Positions 63,472-64,000 of a stretch of DNA of 64,000 nucleotides are shown here, piece after piece. A program made the translations under genes and the position numbers. The first letter of the stretch is position 1. The number at the start of each line of letters is the position of its first letter. Where the stretch lies: positions 224,001 to 288,000 of the forward strand of contig CAWFCQ010000007.1 in assembly GCA_963814375.1 (NCBI GenBank), in the 5' to 3' direction. The stretch comes from an uncultured Chloroflexia bacterium (GTDB lineage Bacteria > Chloroflexota > Limnocylindria > QHBO01). The notes beneath the pieces are model-generated. The model saw nothing but the letters and a program-made list of their open reading frames with translations. It was not told where the DNA came from and searched no databases.

Positions 63472-64000
63472 ATGCGGCACCGCCTCGCGCTCGTCACCGG
63501 GGCGGCCGTTCTGCTCGCCGCCTGCTCGTCGGCGCCGCCCACGACGCCCTCCGCGTCAGCGACACCACCCGGGCCTACGACCACGACATCGCCGAGCGCC
63601 GAGGCAGAGGTCAGCGCCACCGCCAGCCCGTCGGCCGATCCGGTGCCGCTGGCCTGGGACGCGCTCGAGGTCGGCGTCGGACCAGCGGCGCGCGAGGACC
63701 ACACCTGGACCGTGGGTGACGACGGCCAGACCGCGTACCTGTTCGGAGGCCGGGATGGCGCGCAGGCATACGCCGATCTCTGGGCCTTCGATCTCGGCAG
63801 CGACACCTGGAGCCAGCTCCAGCCGGGCGCAGGGCCCGCTGCCCGCTTCGGCCACGAGGCGGCATGGGTCACCGGAGTCGGGCTCGTGGTGTTCGCCGGC
63901 CAGGCGGGCACCACGTTCTTCAACGATCTGTGGGCATTCGATCCGGAAGCGGGCAGCTGGCGTCAGCTTCCGTCGGGCCCCACGAGGCCGGTGGCGCGGT
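63472..64000 (+). CDS. Kelch-repeat lipoprotein (3'-truncated)
   Basis: Manual translation MRHRLALVTGAAVLLAAC...AREDH...YLFGG...DLWAFD...ARFGH...FAG...NDLWAFD. Confidence 0.8.
   Translation, partial: MRHRLALVTGAAVLLAACSSAPPTTPSASATPPGPTTTTSPSAEAEVSATASPSADPVPLAWDALEVGVGPAAREDHTWTVGDDGQTAYLFGGRDGAQAYADLWAFDLGSDTWSQLQPGAGPAARFGHEAAWVTGVGLVVFAGQAGTTFFNDLWAFDPEAGSWRQLPSGPTRPVAR

Noticed and set aside
62946-64000. tRNA-Gly as an integration site
   Set aside because: No integrase, no duplicated tRNA 3' end and no compositional shift seen.

Overview
High-GC bacterial chromosomal window, most plausibly Chloroflexota (Limnocylindria-like; this is inferred from gene repertoire and promoter style, not proven). 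It is densely coding and mostly housekeeping or metabolic: mutY, gltX, upp, mdh-gltA, a TetR-led beta-oxidation operon, transsulfuration genes, mmsA, lgt, a SUF Fe-S operon extended by MoeZ-like and JAMM genes, rsgA and tRNA-Gly(CCC). No transposases, integrases or CRISPR arrays were seen. Isolated indels break several conserved genes (adh, cyclase, SGNH hydrolase, mdh, thiolase, sufB), so they are probably assembly errors. The standout is a minus-strand cassette at 57.8-62.3 kb: Crp/Fnr regulator, a small protein of tandem 14-aa repeats (ADEDDTEGHGVLKR) ending in dibasic KR/RR sites, a stand-alone GAF protein, a cytoplasmic S8 protease and an MFS transporter fused to a cNMP-binding domain, with CRP-like boxes upstream of the repeat gene. 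It looks like a cyclic-nucleotide-controlled, prohormone-like peptide production/export system.
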